Part shown: piece by piece, positions 22,471-36,382 of the stretch
Numbering within the stretch: the first letter of the stretch is position 1
Layout of the letters: the number at the start of each line of letters is the position of its first letter
DNA from: Octopus sinensis
Lineage: Eukaryota
DNA length: 64,000 nt
Direction of reading: 5' to 3'
Assembly: GCF_006345805.1 (NCBI RefSeq)
Contig: NC_042999.1
Location: forward strand, 8,494,001 to 8,558,000
The notes under the pieces: model-generated
Databases searched by the model: none
Seen by the model: the letters and a program-made list of their open reading frames with translations, nothing else
Told to the model about the DNA's origin: nothing
Made by a program: the position numbers and the translations under genes

Positions 22471-23689
22471 CTAATCCATTGCCCTGGCAACTTAATTATG
22501 GCCTTAATTACAGGTGTTAAAAGTTAGGAGATTAGTATGAAGGTTCACATTTGTTTAGAAAGAAAGGTATATTGATTGCACATATACAAAGTCTTATATT
22601 TGTAGAAGGATACAAGAGATATGAAATTAATTAATCATTACAAGTTTTAATAAGATTTATGCCAGAAAGATTCTGGACTTCCAAATGAGAGATTGATAGC
22701 TTTTATGTCATTTCCAGGATTATATTACGCAAATAGCTGAGACATGGATAAGAATGAATTGCTTTAGGAATAATTGCAGAATTCTTGCATAGTTGCAGAG
22801 TCAGTTGGTTGTGGCTGAAGTCGACTTCTGTTTGAGTTGAAGAAAGTTGCGAATAAAGAACACGACCGAAAATGACTGGAGTGAAGGAAGCATGTCATTG
22901 ATGAAGCTGGGAATGGCAATGAAATGACTTTGACAAACCTGATTGATCGACTGATTGACTGATTGACTGAACAGCTAATCAATTAATTAGTCAAATATTC
23001 AACCGGTAGACAAATAAATAATGCAGAAGTGAAATAGAACCTGTGTGTGTGTTTTATTGACATAATGACCCTCCTGAGTTACATCAAAAAAAAAAAAAAA
23101 CAGAATAGTTTACATGTTTGAGGAATTACCTGTCATTCATTAAGCTTTCAACTGTGAAGCAAAGATAATGTTCAGTGAAACAATTTGGTATCTTACTCAG
23201 AAGAACAACACTTTGGGAACAGAACCACTACCATAAAACCAAACAGCCATTTTATCTCTCAGGCTGAGTAAATCAATAACCAGATGTTATTTCAGACAAG
23301 ACCTACATGTCTCACTGTGTTATATCTAATGTGTCCTTTTCTGAAAGCGGCAGGATGTATTACAGCAGGTAGATTTGGCTGCTCTTTCTTGCAGATTAAA
23401 TGTCACCATAATCTCTCTTGTTGGATCATTTGGTCCTTATTAATGACTAGTAGGGACACCATATTTCGTTATCCCACCATGATATGCTACAAAGTATATC
23501 AAACTTTTTCATAAGTCAATACGGTGTTCTACTGTGTTAGCAGTGCTATTACGCCACTTGTTATGGTGATCTCTACACAGTTGAACGTGGTATTCACTTA
23601 TAAAAACATTTAATATACTTTGTAGGATATCATGGTTGCATAACAAAATACTGTATCCCCACAGGTCATTAATATTTACTGTGTTGGTA

Positions 23690-24395
23690 TGGTCATGTAC
23701 TGTGGATGGACGAGGAGAGCTGTGTGGAGAAGTGCCAATCACAAACAGTGGAAGGAATCCGAGGTAGAGGGAGACCCAGGAAGACATGGGGTGAGGTGGT
23801 GAAGCATGATCTTCAAATGTTGGGCCTCACAGAAGCAATGACAAAAGACCAAGACCTCTGGAGGTATGCTGTGACTGAGAAGACCTGGCAAATAAAATGA
23901 GCCCACAGCTGTAACCAACACCAGTGTTGCATAACCAGCCGACTCAAAAGTACCTTGGATCATAGGGTGACATGTTATGCTTGAGAAGACCTATTGAGTC
24001 AAGTACATCAACATCAACGGCAATATCAAAATCAAATCAAATAGAAATTGTAGTTGTGACCCCCGTGCTGGTAACACTTAAAAAGCACCATCCAAATGTG
24101 GCCGATGCCAGTGCCACTTTGACTGGTTTTTGTGCCGGTGGCACGTAAAAAGTACCATCTGATCATGGTTGATGCCAGTTCCTCTGGTCCCTTGTACCGA
24201 TGGCATGTAAAAGCACCCACTCCACTCTTGGAGTGGTTGGTCATAGGAAGGGCATCCAGCTGTAGAAACACTGCCAGATCAGATAGGGGCCTGGTGCAGC
24301 CTCCTGGCTTCCCAGACTCCAGTTGAACCATCCAACCCATGCCAGCATGGAGAATGGACGTTCAACTATGATGATGATGATGATGATGATGATGT
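23690..24395 (+). mobile_element. RTE LINE 3' end: ORF C-terminus continuing into the family C 3' UTR
   Basis: VEGIRGRGRPRKTWGEVVKHDLQMLGLTEAMTKDQDLWRYAVTEKT is followed by the family C motifs and (GAT)n, which links family C to RTE. Confidence 0.88.
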
Positions 24396-24972
24396 ACCAG
24401 CTTCCAGGAATGTGTTTAATATGTAAACTGGTATCTCCAAAAATGTTATATTGGCATATTTATTGGCTATTTTAAGCAATGAGTTCATGGATGGTTAATG
24501 AGTTGAATAGGTGCTGATGAAGGGGCCAAACCTCCTGAAATATGGCATACATTGCCCATTACCCATTCCTCATCTTCGGTCTCATTGCTGCTTACATCAG
24601 GCATCTTAAATACAAAACGTCATAGCAGAATCAGTGGTGGTGGCCATAATTTCTATAGAAAATCTGTAGAGGAATCCTCGACAGGTCATTCGGTGCTGTT
24701 GCTGTGTTTATTGGCAGCATTCTTTGTTATGTATTCTCTTGGCCAACCCTCATCGTTTAGATCTCAAGCCAAATGCATTGAGCCCATGATCGTCCAGACA
24801 TTGTATAGCATGGACTACATCATCTAATGTGACATTTCTCTTTCATGACAGTAAGATATGATTTGAGGCAGATTTCAACTAGTATTTCTAGCAAGTTCAT
24901 AGACCACATAGAGGGACTCTATCACCTTGCTGGCTCTGCATTTATAATATTTATGCAGAAGCACTGGTGCTC

Positions 24973-27900
24973 GTGCCACATAAAAAAGATTGGAGATGGT
25001 GCCACATAAAAACTATTGGTGATGGTGCCACATGAAAAGGGTTGGTGATGGTGCCACATAAAAACTACTGGTTATGGTGCCATACAAAAGGATTGATGAT
25101 GGTGCCACATGAAAAAGATTGGTGATGGTGCCATATAAAAAGGGTTGGAGATGGTGCCACATAAAAAGAATTGGTGATGGTGCCACATAAAAACTACTGG
25201 TTATGGTGCCATACAAAAGGATTGGTGATGGTGTCACATGAAAAAGATTGGTGATGGTGCCATATAAAAAGGGTTGGAGATGGTGTCACATAAAAAGAAT
25301 TGGTGATGGTGCCACATAAAAAGGATTGGAGATGGTGTCACATAAAAAGGGTTGGTGATGGTGCCATACAAAAAGGATTGGTGATGGTGCCATACAAAAA
25401 GGATTGGTGATGGTGTTACATAAAAAGGGTTGGTGATGGTGCCATACAAAAAGGATTGGTGATGGTGCCATACAAAAAGGATTGGTGATGGTGCCATACA
25501 AAAAGGATTGGTGATGGTGCCATACAAAAAGGATTGGTGATGGTGCCATACAAAAAGGATTGGTGATGGTGCCATACAAAAAGGATTGGTGATGGTGCCA
25601 TACAAAAAGGATTGGTGATGGTGCCATACAAAAAGGATTGGTGATGGTGCCATACAAAAAGGATTGGTGATGGTGCCATACAAAAAGGATTGGTGATGGT
25701 GCCATACAAAAAGGATTGGTGATGGTGCCATACAAAAAGGATTGGTGATGGTGCCATACAAAAAGGATTGGTGATGGTGCCATACAAAAAGGATTGGTGA
25801 TGGTGCCATACAAAAAGGATTGGTGATGGTGTCACATGAAAAGGATTGGTGATGGTGCCATACAAAAAGGATTGGTGATGGTGCCATACAAAAAGGATTG
25901 GTGATGGTGTCACATGAAAAGGATTGGTGATGGTGCCATACAAAAAGATTGGTGATGGTGCCATACAAAAAGGATTGGTGATGGTGCCATACAAAAAGGA
26001 TTGGTGATGGTGCCATACAAAAAGGATTGGTGATGGTGCCATACAAAAAGGATGGTGATGGTGTCACATGAAAAGGATTGGTGATGGTGCCATACAAAAA
26101 GGATTGGTGATGGTGCCATACAAAAAGGATTGGTGATGGTGCCATACAAAAAGGATTGGTGATGGTGCCATACAAAAAGGATTGGTGATGGTGCCATACA
26201 AAAGGATTGGTGATGGTGCCATACAAAAAGGATTGGTGATGGTGCCATACAAAAAGGATTGTGATGGTGGCACCATACAAAAGGATTGGTGATGGTGTCA
26301 CATGAAAAGGATTGGTGATGGTGCCATACAAAAAGGATTGGTGATGGTGCCATACAAAAGGATTGGTGATGGTGCCATACAAAAAGGATTGGTGATGGTG
26401 TCACATGAAAAGGATTGGTGATGGTGCCATACAAAAAGGATTGGTGATGGTGCCATAAAAAGGATTGGTGATGGTGCCATACAAAAAGGATTGGTGATGG
26501 TGCCATACAAAAAGGATTGGTGATGGTGCCACATGAAAAGGATTGGTGATGGTGCCATACAAAAAGGATTGGTGATGGTGCCATACAAAAAGGATTGGTG
26601 ATGGTGCCATACAAAAAGGATTGGTGATGGTGCCATACAAAAAGGATTGGTGATGGTGTCACATGAAAGGATTGGTGATGGTGCCATACAAAAGGATTGG
26701 TGATGGTGCCATACAAAAAGGATTGGTGATGGTGCCATACAAAAAGGATTGGTGATGGTGCCATACAAAAAGGATTGGTGATGGTGCCACATGAAAAGGA
26801 TTGGTGATGGTGCCATACAAAAAGGATTGGTGATGGTGCCATACAAAAAGGATTGGTGATGGTGTCACATGAAAAGGATTGGTGATGGTGCCATACAAAA
26901 AGGATTGGTGATGGTGCCATACAAAAAGGATTGGTGATGGTGCCATACAAAAAGGATTGGTGATGGTGCCATACAAAAAGGATTGGTGATGGTGTCACAT
27001 GAAAAGGATTGGTGATGGTGCCATACAAAAAGGATTGGTGATGGTGCCATACAAAAAGGATTGGTGATGGTGCCATACAAAAAGGATTGGTGATGGTGCC
27101 ATACAAAAAGGATGGTGATGGTGTCACATGAAAAGGATTGGTGATGGTGCCATACAAAAAGGATTGGTGATGGTGCCATACAAAAAGGATTGGTGATGGT
27201 GCCATACAAAAAGGATTGGTGATGGTGCCATACAAAAAGGATTGGTGATGGTGCCATACAAAAAGGATTGGTGATGGTGCCATACAAAAGGATTGGTGAT
27301 GGTGTCACATGAAAAGGATTGGTGATGGTGCCATACAAAAAGGATTGGTGATGGTGCCATACAAAAAGGATTGGTGATGGTGCCATACAAAAAGGATTGG
27401 TGATGGTGCCATACAAAAAGGATTGGAGATGGTGTCACATAAAAAGGTTGGTGATGGTGTCACATGAAAAGGATTGGTGATGGTGCCATACAAAAAGGAT
27501 TGGTGATGGTGTTACAAAAAAGGGTTGGTGATGGTGTCACATGAAAAGGATTGGTGATGGTGCCATACAAAAAGGATTGGTGATGGTGCCATACAAAAAG
27601 GATTGGTGATGGTGCCATACAAAAAGGATTGGTGATGGTGCCATACAAAAAGGATTGGTGATGGCCATACAAAAAGGATTGGTGATGGTGTCACATGAAA
27701 AGGATTGGTGATGGGCCATACAAAAAGGATTGGTGATGGTGCCATACAAAAAGGATTGGTGATGGTGCCATACAAAAAGGATTGGTGATGGTGCCATACA
27801 AAAAGGATTGGTGATGGTGCCATACAAAAAGGATTGGTGATGGTGCCATACAAAAAGGATTGGTGATGGTGCCATACAAAAAGGATTGGTGATGGTGCCA

Positions 27901-30900
27901 TACAAAAAGGATTGGTGATGGTGCCATACAAAAAGGATTGGTGATGGTGTCACATGAAAAGGATTGGTGATGGTGCCATACAAAAAGGATTGGTGATGGT
28001 GCCATACAAAAAGGATTGGTGATGGTGTTACATAAAAAGGGTTGGTGATGGTGTCACATGAAAAGGATTGGTGATGGTGCCATACAAAAGGATTGGTGAT
28101 GGTGCATACAAAAAGGATTGGTGATGGTGCCATACAAAAAGGATTGGTGATGGTGCCATACAAAAAGGATTGGTGATGGTGCCATACAAAAAGGATTGGT
28201 GATGGTGCCATACAAAAAGGATTGGTGATGGTGCCATACAAAAAGGATTGGTGATGGTGCCATACAAAAAGGATTGGTGATGGTGCCATACAAAAAGGAT
28301 TGGTGATGGTGCCATACAAAAAGGATTGGAGATGGTGTCACATAAAAAGGGTTGGTGATGGTGCCATACAAAAAGGATTGGTGATGGTGCCATACAAAAA
28401 GGATTGGTGATGGTGCCATACAAAAAGGATTGGTGATGGTGTCACATGAAAAGGATTGGTGATGGTGCCATACAAAAAGGATTGGTGATGGTGCCATACA
28501 AAAAGGATTGGTGATGGTGCCATACAAAAAGGATTGGTGATGGTGTTACATAAAAAGGGTTGGTGATGGTGTCACATGAAAAGGATTGGTGATGGTGCCA
28601 TACAAAAAGGATTGGTGATGGTGCCATACAAAAAGGATTGTGATGGTGCCATACAAAAAGATTGGTGATGGTGTTACATAAAAAGGGTTGGTGATGGTGT
28701 CACATGAAAAGGATTGGTGATGGTGCCATACAAAAGGATTGGTGATGGTGCCATACAAAAAGGATTGGTGATGGTGCCATACAAAAAGGATTGGTGATGG
28801 TGCCATACAAAAGGATTGGTGATGGTGCCATACAAAAAGGATTGGTGATGGTGTCACATGAAAAGGATTGGTGATGGTGCCATACAAAAAGGATTGGTGA
28901 TGGTGCCACATGAAAAGGATTGGTGATGGTGCCATACAAAAAGGATTGGTGATGGTGCCATACAAAAAGGATTGGTGATGGTGCCATACAAAAAGGATTG
29001 GTGATGGTGCCATACAAAAGGATTGGAGATGGTGTCACATAAAAAGGGTTGGTGATGGTGCCATACAAAAAGGATTGGTGATGGTGCCATACAAAAAGGA
29101 TTGGTGATGTGCCATACAAAAAGGATTGGTGATGGTGCCATACAAAAAGGATTGGTGATGGTGCCATACAAAAAGGATTGGTGATGGTGTCACATGAAAA
29201 GGATTGGTGATGGTGCCATACAAAAAGGATTGGTGATGGTGCCATACAAAAAGGATTGGTGATGGTGCCATACAAAAAGGATTGGTGATGGTGTCACATG
29301 AAAAGGATTGGTGATGGTGCCATACAAAAAGGATTGGTGATGGTGCCATACAAAAAGGATTGGTGATGGTGCCATACAAAAAGGATTGGTGATGGTGCCA
29401 TACAAAAAGGATTGGTGATGGTGCCACATGAAAAGGATTGGTGATGGTGCCATACAAAAAGGATTGGTGATGGTGCCATACAAAAAGGATTGGTGATGGT
29501 GCCATACAAAAGGATTGGTGATGGTGCCATACAAAAAGGATTGGTGATGGTGTCACATGAAAAGGATTGGTGATGGTGCCATACCAAAAGGATTGGTGAT
29601 GGTGCCATACAAAAAGGATTGGTGATGGTGCCATACAAAAGGATTGGTGATGGTGCCATACAAAAAGGATTGGTGATGGTGCCACATGAAAAGGATTGGT
29701 GATGGTGCCATACAAAAGGATTGGTGATGGTGCCATACAAAAAGGATTGGTGATGGTGTCACATGAAAAGGATTGGTGATGGTGCCATACAAAAAGGATT
29801 GGTGATGGTGCCATACAAAAAGGATTGGTGATGTGCCATACAAAAAGGATTGGTGATGGTGCCATACAAAAAGATTGGTGATGGTGTCACATGAAAAGGA
29901 TTGGTGATGGTGCCATACAAAAAGGATTGGTGATGGTGCCATACAAAAAGGATTGGTGATGGTGCCATACAAAAAGGATTGGTGATGGTGCCATACAAAA
30001 AGGATTGGTGATGGTGTCACATGAAAAGGATTGGTGATGGTGCCATACAAAAGGATTGGTGATGGTGCCATACAAAAAGGATTGGTGATGGTGCCATACA
30101 AATTGGTGATGGTGCCATACAAAAAGGATTGGTGATGGTGCCATACAAAAAGGATTGGTGATGGTGCCATACAAAAAGGATTGGTGATGGTGTCACATGA
30201 AAAGGATTGGTGATGGTGCCATACAAAAAGGATTGGTGATGGTGCCATACAAAAAGGATTGGTGATGGTGCCATACAAAAAGGATTGGTGATGGTGCCAT
30301 ACAAAAAGGATTGGAGATGGTGTCACATAAAAAGGGTTGGTGATGGTGTCACATGAAAAGGATTGGTGATGGTGCCATACAAAAAGGATTGGTGATGGTG
30401 TTACATAAAAAGGGTTGGTGATGGTGTCACATGAAAAGGATTGGTGATGGTGCCATACAAAAAGGATTGGTGATGGTGCCATACAAAAAGGATTGGTGAT
30501 GGTGCCATACAAAAAGGATTGGTGATGGTGCCATACAAAAAGGATTGGTGATGGTGCCATACAAAAAGGATTGGTGATGGTGTCACATGAAAAGGATTGG
30601 TGATGGTGCCATACAAAAAGGATTGGTGATGGTGCCATACAAAAAGGATTGGTGATGGTGCCATACAAAAAGGATTGGTGATGGTGCCATACAAAAAGGA
30701 TTGGTGATGGTGCCATACAAAAAGGATTGGTGATGGTGCCATACAAAAAGGATTGGTGATGGTGCCATACAAAAGGATTGGTGATGGTGCCATACAAAAA
30801 GGATTGGTGATGGTGCCATACAAAAAGGATTGGTGATGGTGTCACATGAAAAGGATTGGTGATGGTGCCATACAAAAAGGATTGGTGATGGTGCCATACA

Positions 30901-32100
30901 AAAAGGATTGGTGATGGTGTTACATAAAAAGGGTTGGTGATGGTGTCACATGAAAAGGATTGGTGATGGTGCCATACAAAAAGGATTGGTGATGGTGCCA
31001 TACAAAAAGGATTGGTGATGGTGCCATACAAAAAGGATTGGTGATGGTGCCATACAAAAAGGATTGGTGATGGTGCCATACAAAAAGGATTGGTGATGGT
31101 GCCATACAAAAAGGATTGGTGATGGTGCCATACAAAAAGGATTGGTGATGGTGCCATACAAAAAGGATTGGTGATGGTGCCATACAAAAAGGATTGGTGA
31201 TGGTGCCATACAAAAAGGATTGGAGATGGTGTCACATAAAAAGGGTTGGTGATGGTGCCATACAAAAAGGATTGGTGATGGTGCCATACAAAAAGGATTG
31301 GTGATGGTGCCATACAAAAAGGATTGGTGATGGTGTCACATGAAAAGGGTTGGTGATGGTGTCACATGAAAAGGATTGGTGATGGTGCCATACAAAAAGG
31401 ATTGGTGATGGTGCCATACAAAAAGGATTGGTGATGGTGCCATACAAAAAGGATTGGTGATGGTGCCATACAAAAAGGATTGGTGATGGTGCCATACAAA
31501 AAGGATTGGTGATGGTGCCATACAAAAAGGATTGGTGATGGTGTCACATGAAAAGGGTTGGTGATGGTGTCACATGAAAAGGATTGGTGATGGTGCCATA
31601 CAAAAAGGATTGGTGATGGTGCCATACAAAAAGGATTGGTGATGGTGCCATACAAAAAGGATTGGTGATGGTGCCATACAAAAAGGATTGGTGATGGTGT
31701 TACATAAAAAGGGTTGGTGATGGTGTCACATGAAAAGGATTGGTGATGGTGCCATACAAAAAGGATTGGTGATGGTGCCATACAAAAAGGATTGGTGATG
31801 GTGCCATACAAAAAGGATTGGTGATGGTGTTACATAAAAAGGGTTGGTGATGGTGTCACATGAAAAGGATTGGTGATGGTGCCATACAAAAAGGATTGGT
31901 GATGGTGCCATACAAAAAGGATTGGTGATGGTGCCATACAAAAAGGATTGGTGATGGTGCCATACAAAAAGGATTGGTGATGGTGCCATACAAAAAGGAT
32001 TGGTGATGGTGTCACATGAAAAGGATTGGTGATGGTGCCATACAAAAAGGATTGGTGATGGTGCCACATGAAAAGGATTGGTGATGGTGCCACATGAAAG
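24973..32100 (+). repeat. 26-bp minisatellite, about 7.1 kb (roughly 270-280 units)
   Basis: Unit GGTGATGGTGCCATACAAAAAGGATT; three units give the 26-aa periodicity in the ORF track. Confidence 0.97.
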
Positions 32101-32300
32101 CACTGATGCTTATGTCACATGAAAACTACCCAATACACTCTGTAGAGTGGTTGGCATTAGGAAGGACATCCAGCCATAGAAACCGAACCAAAACAAACTA
32201 CGGAACCTGGTGTGAGTCCTGGCTTTACCAGTTCTTGCCAAACTGCTCAATCCATACCAGCTTGGAAAGCAGACGTTAAATGAGGATGATGATGTTGACT
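32095..32300 (+). mobile_element. 3' remainder of the family C-related element that hosts the minisatellite
   Basis: gtcacatgaaaactacccaatacactctgtagagtggttggcattaggaaggacatccagcc...gacgttaaatgaggatgatg. Confidence 0.8.
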
Positions 32301-32664
32301 ACGACAATGATGGTGATGATTGAGATGATGATGGTGATGATTGAGATGATGGTGATGATGATGGTGATGAATCTAATGATCTCTCTCTCTCTCTCTCTCT
32401 CTTTTCTTTCAATGCTTTTTACTCAACACTATTTCACTCCCACTTTCCCCCTTTCACTTCACCGTTTCCTCCTCTCAGATTCCACTTTATTTACTCACTT
32501 TTGCCTTTATTTATTTCTCTCCTGAGTATTTCTATGAGAATTTTTCAATATTTTTTCACTTTTTACTTTATTTCTTGTCATTCATATTTCTCTCTCTTAT
32601 TTTTTTATTTACAAAGTTTATCTATTCAACAACTTATATATTTGTTTGCTTACTTTTAATTTTG

Positions 32665-32695
32665 TCTATCTATCTATCTATCTATCTATCTATCA

Positions 32696-32744
<49 letters not shown>

Positions 32745-32807
32745 CTTACCAATTCCACTGTCTCTCTTTCCCTCTCTCCCTCTCCTCTCTCTATGTATAT
32801 ATATATA

Positions 32808-32865
<58 letters not shown>

Positions 32866-33101
32866 CTATTTTCTCTTATGTCTCAACACCTTTAAAAATA
32901 ATCTTGCTAAATATTGTCAAGCTAGAATAATAAACTTTAAATGTATCTGGACAAAACACATTTCCACTCCAATATTCTTTGTGTGTGTGTGTGTGTTTGC
33001 CTGTGTTTGTACATGAATGTACATTATACACATACACTTATACAATCTTATAATCAAACCATACACTTACACACACACATACATTATATATATATGTATA
33101 C

Positions 33102-33136
<35 letters not shown>

Positions 33137-33145
33137 CATATATAC

Positions 33146-33179
<34 letters not shown>

Positions 33180-33181
33180 AT

Positions 33182-33224
<43 letters not shown>

Positions 33225-33310
33225 TATATATAAAAAATCTATAATATATATATCTATATTTACACACACACACATATGTATGTATGTATTTATATATATA
33301 TATATATATA
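32665..33310. repeat. (TCTA)n, (TA)n and (CA)n microsatellites
   Basis: Visible directly. Confidence 0.9.
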
Positions 33311-33623
33311 TAGTGCGCATGTGTGTGTGAGCATGTATGTGGTTATGTATATAGTTTTGGGTGAAGGTGTGGGCGAGCATGTATTTGTTTCAAGTGAGGG
33401 TGGATGAGTATATATATATATAGGCGCATGTACATGGGTGTGCGGGCTCACATGTGTATGTATAGACAGGCACACTTACGTGATTGCTATGAACATTTTT
33501 ACTCCCTTAACTTTACTCCCTCACCTTACTTAGCGGTCATTCTAATACCTCTTTTGTCTTAATAATGGTCAACCACACAGTAATTTCCTTTTGTTTTAAC
33601 GGTCATTTTCAAAGCATTTTTTC

Positions 33624-33703
33624 CGATGGCCGGATAACTGAAGAGATGTTGGTGTGGGTTTCTGCCCTGACATCTGAAACTCGGAGTTTTATCATGGCTA
33701 TTG
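33624..33703 (+). ncRNA. Extended type I hammerhead ribozyme motif
   Basis: CTGAAGA at 33638-33644 and GAAA at 33676-33679. Stem II is GATGT/ACATC (one extra U), stem III is ACU/AGU with a GUU triplet, and stem I is GATAA/TTATC, an internal loop, then CGATGGCC/GGCTATTG. Confidence 0.72.
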
Positions 33704-33820
33704 AACAATTATCACATATTACATTTACAGATAAATTCCTCTATTTACATAATATCGAGATCTCTATAATTCTTTTGTTGTCTTGCCATTTCTATCAATA
33801 TATATCGATATCTTTATCTA

Positions 33821-33939
<119 letters not shown>

Positions 33940-33967
33940 TTATCTATCTACGTAAAATACACCAATC

Positions 33968-34396
33968 TGACCGTACGACAGGCACCCATGCCAACCCCCT
34001 TGCTTGCGAAGACATGTTGGGGCAAGCGAAATCGAAATCAAATTGAACCAGCCAGGATCCCTGGTCTGGTTGTACGTAAAAAGCACTATCCGACTCGTGG
34101 CCGATGCCAGCACCCCCTCGTTTGGCTTCCGTGCAGGTGGCACATAAAATACACCAATCCGACCGTGGCCGTTGCCAGCCTCGCCTGGCACCTGTGCAGG
34201 TGGCACGTAAAAAGCACCCACTACACTCACGGAGTGGTTGGCGTTAGGAAGGGCATCCAGCTGTAGAAACACTGCCAGATAAGACTGGAGCCTGGTGCAG
34301 CCTTCTGGCTTTCCAGATCCCCGGTCGAACCGTCCAACCCATGCTAGCATGGAGAACGGACGTTAAACGATGATGATGATGATGATGATGATGATA
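33968..34396 (+). mobile_element. Family C element
   Basis: Diagnostic motifs and (GAT)n tail; preceded by (TCTA)n at about 33815-33950. Confidence 0.85.
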
Positions 34397-34416
34397 TATA
34401 TATATATATATTGATT

Positions 34417-34476
<60 letters not shown>

Positions 34477-34659
34477 TATGCAAAAACAGAGAGAGAGAAA
34501 GAAAAAGGGGGAAAAGAGAGACAGAATGACAACTAGAGAGATACATACATGCATACACACACACACACACACGCACACATATATATATATATGCACACAT
34601 ATATATATGTACAAGAAATGTATGATTATATACATATATAAGTAAATAAAAGTGTATAT

Positions 34660-34696
<37 letters not shown>

Positions 34697-35564
34697 TGTA
34701 CAAATGTTAGTGTGTGTCTATGTATGTATAAAGAAAGAGAGAGACTGATAGGTATATTAGACAGGTAGATAGAGAAATATAGATATCGATGAGTGCAAAT
34801 GTTTATTTTTGCAGTTACATACATACATACATACACACATGCATGCATACACACATACATACTTACGTACATACATAAACACACACATCCATTAACATAA
34901 ACACACATACAGGTGTGTGTGCTTGCAATCACACACTTAAAGTGCATATATTTCTATGCACCTGAGTGTAAGAAATATAGAATATGACTTTGTAAATGTT
35001 ATTCCAAAATCCAAAATATTTCCCTACATTTATCCCCTCCCCCCCACCCCCTTCCCCCTTCCATACAACACAATTTTTAGAAAAGCTCAAATTTAGAGAA
35101 AGAGATGGAGATTTCTTTATTTTCATTTTTGGTTTTTTTTTTGGTTCTTTTTTTTTTCTTTTGTATTTTTCAATAAATCTTTTTTCTTAAATAAAATATC
35201 TCAGTCACCTATAAATAAATTCACAAATACAAACACACAATCACACATACACACAGATATACAAATTCGAGCCATAAATCTGTCGCAATACGTACTTATC
35301 GATATTTGAATGTGTACATAATTGTATATATATGTGTGATATACATATATCTGTGTATATACACACACATATATGTATATGTGCATGTGTGTGTATGTGT
35401 GTGTATGTGTGTGTATGTGTGTGTGTATGAGTGTGTGTGTGTATATATATATATACCCATATACATATGCACACTCATATGTGTATGTGTATGTATGTAT
35501 ACACTCACAAATATATCCATATATACATATGTATATGTGTATATACCTAATGTTATAGTCTTTC

Positions 35565-36135
35565 ATATTATTATGAGTGAGAGAGCAGCGCATGCCATCA
35601 AAGTGACACTGGGGTAAAATATACGAAGCCCAGTATACCCATCATGACTACCCGTCTGATAAGGGTACACCAGACACATGCAACACAACCATATGTGCAC
35701 GACATGGTGATCTCATATCAAGATAAACAGCACATGACTTTGCAGGTGGGGCCCAGTTAGAATTTTCTTCTGGTCAAGTAACCCATCCCGCTCAAAAGGT
35801 TCCTGAATAAGGGTTGTTTAAGTATGTTGAATGAAACACCGCTGTTTCCACAGGTGAATTATCCAAACCCCAAAGAATCCCTTTCAACACACGGCTATGA
35901 TGCTCCCCCACTATTTCTGCTTGTGATCAGAGATGGACATATCGTCAGCCACCAAGGGAAATGCTCAACTGGTTAAGGTCAAACAACTGACAAGAAAATC
36001 TGTGGTAATGAGCTGAATATTTGCTGTAGCTCATCTTTTATACCAAGACAAAACAATGTACATGATAACACTTCCAATCAGTTGAGATCAAAAACCATGA
36101 GAGCTACTGCTTGGTGCTGCATCAGGGCATTTATT
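35565..36135 (-). mobile_element. Unclassified roughly 570-bp element bounded by AAT repeats
   Basis: Its 3' end ttaccccagtgtcactttgatggcatgcgctgctctctcactcataataat recurs at about 16898-16945 on the + strand, again followed by (AAT)n. Confidence 0.6.
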
Positions 36136-36164
36136 ATCATTATTATTATTATTATTATTATCAT

Positions 36165-36382
36165 TATTCAGTAGACCCATTTTTATAACATGCTTTCACT
36201 TCACTACCGAGCGCAGCTCTCTGTGCCTTCGGTATGTGCTGTGTTATGTTGTGATGCTCTGATGGTTTTCTGCATAGGATGTGTGCAGTGCCCAGTAGAA
36301 GCAAATTTTCTGTATGTTATATGTGTTTGTAAGTTCTGGTGTTTTTGTTATGTATTTGTCTGAATATTTTTTTATCATACCT
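36165..36382 (-). mobile_element. R4/Dong LINE 3' fragment inside (AAT)n
   Basis: Colinear with 8975-9210 with a small internal deletion; (ATT)n on both sides. Confidence 0.85.

Noticed and set aside
23130-23151. 22-nt minus-strand micro-exon with good splice signals
   Set aside because: The only open frame ends in phase 2, incompatible with the CH exon, and it is too short to assess.
24973-32100. CRISPR-like array or a repetitive protein gene (ORFs up to 586 aa)
   Set aside because: The units are contiguous with no unique spacers, there are no cas genes and the context is eukaryotic. The ORFs arise only because one strand of the 26-bp unit lacks stops, and frequent indels switch frames.
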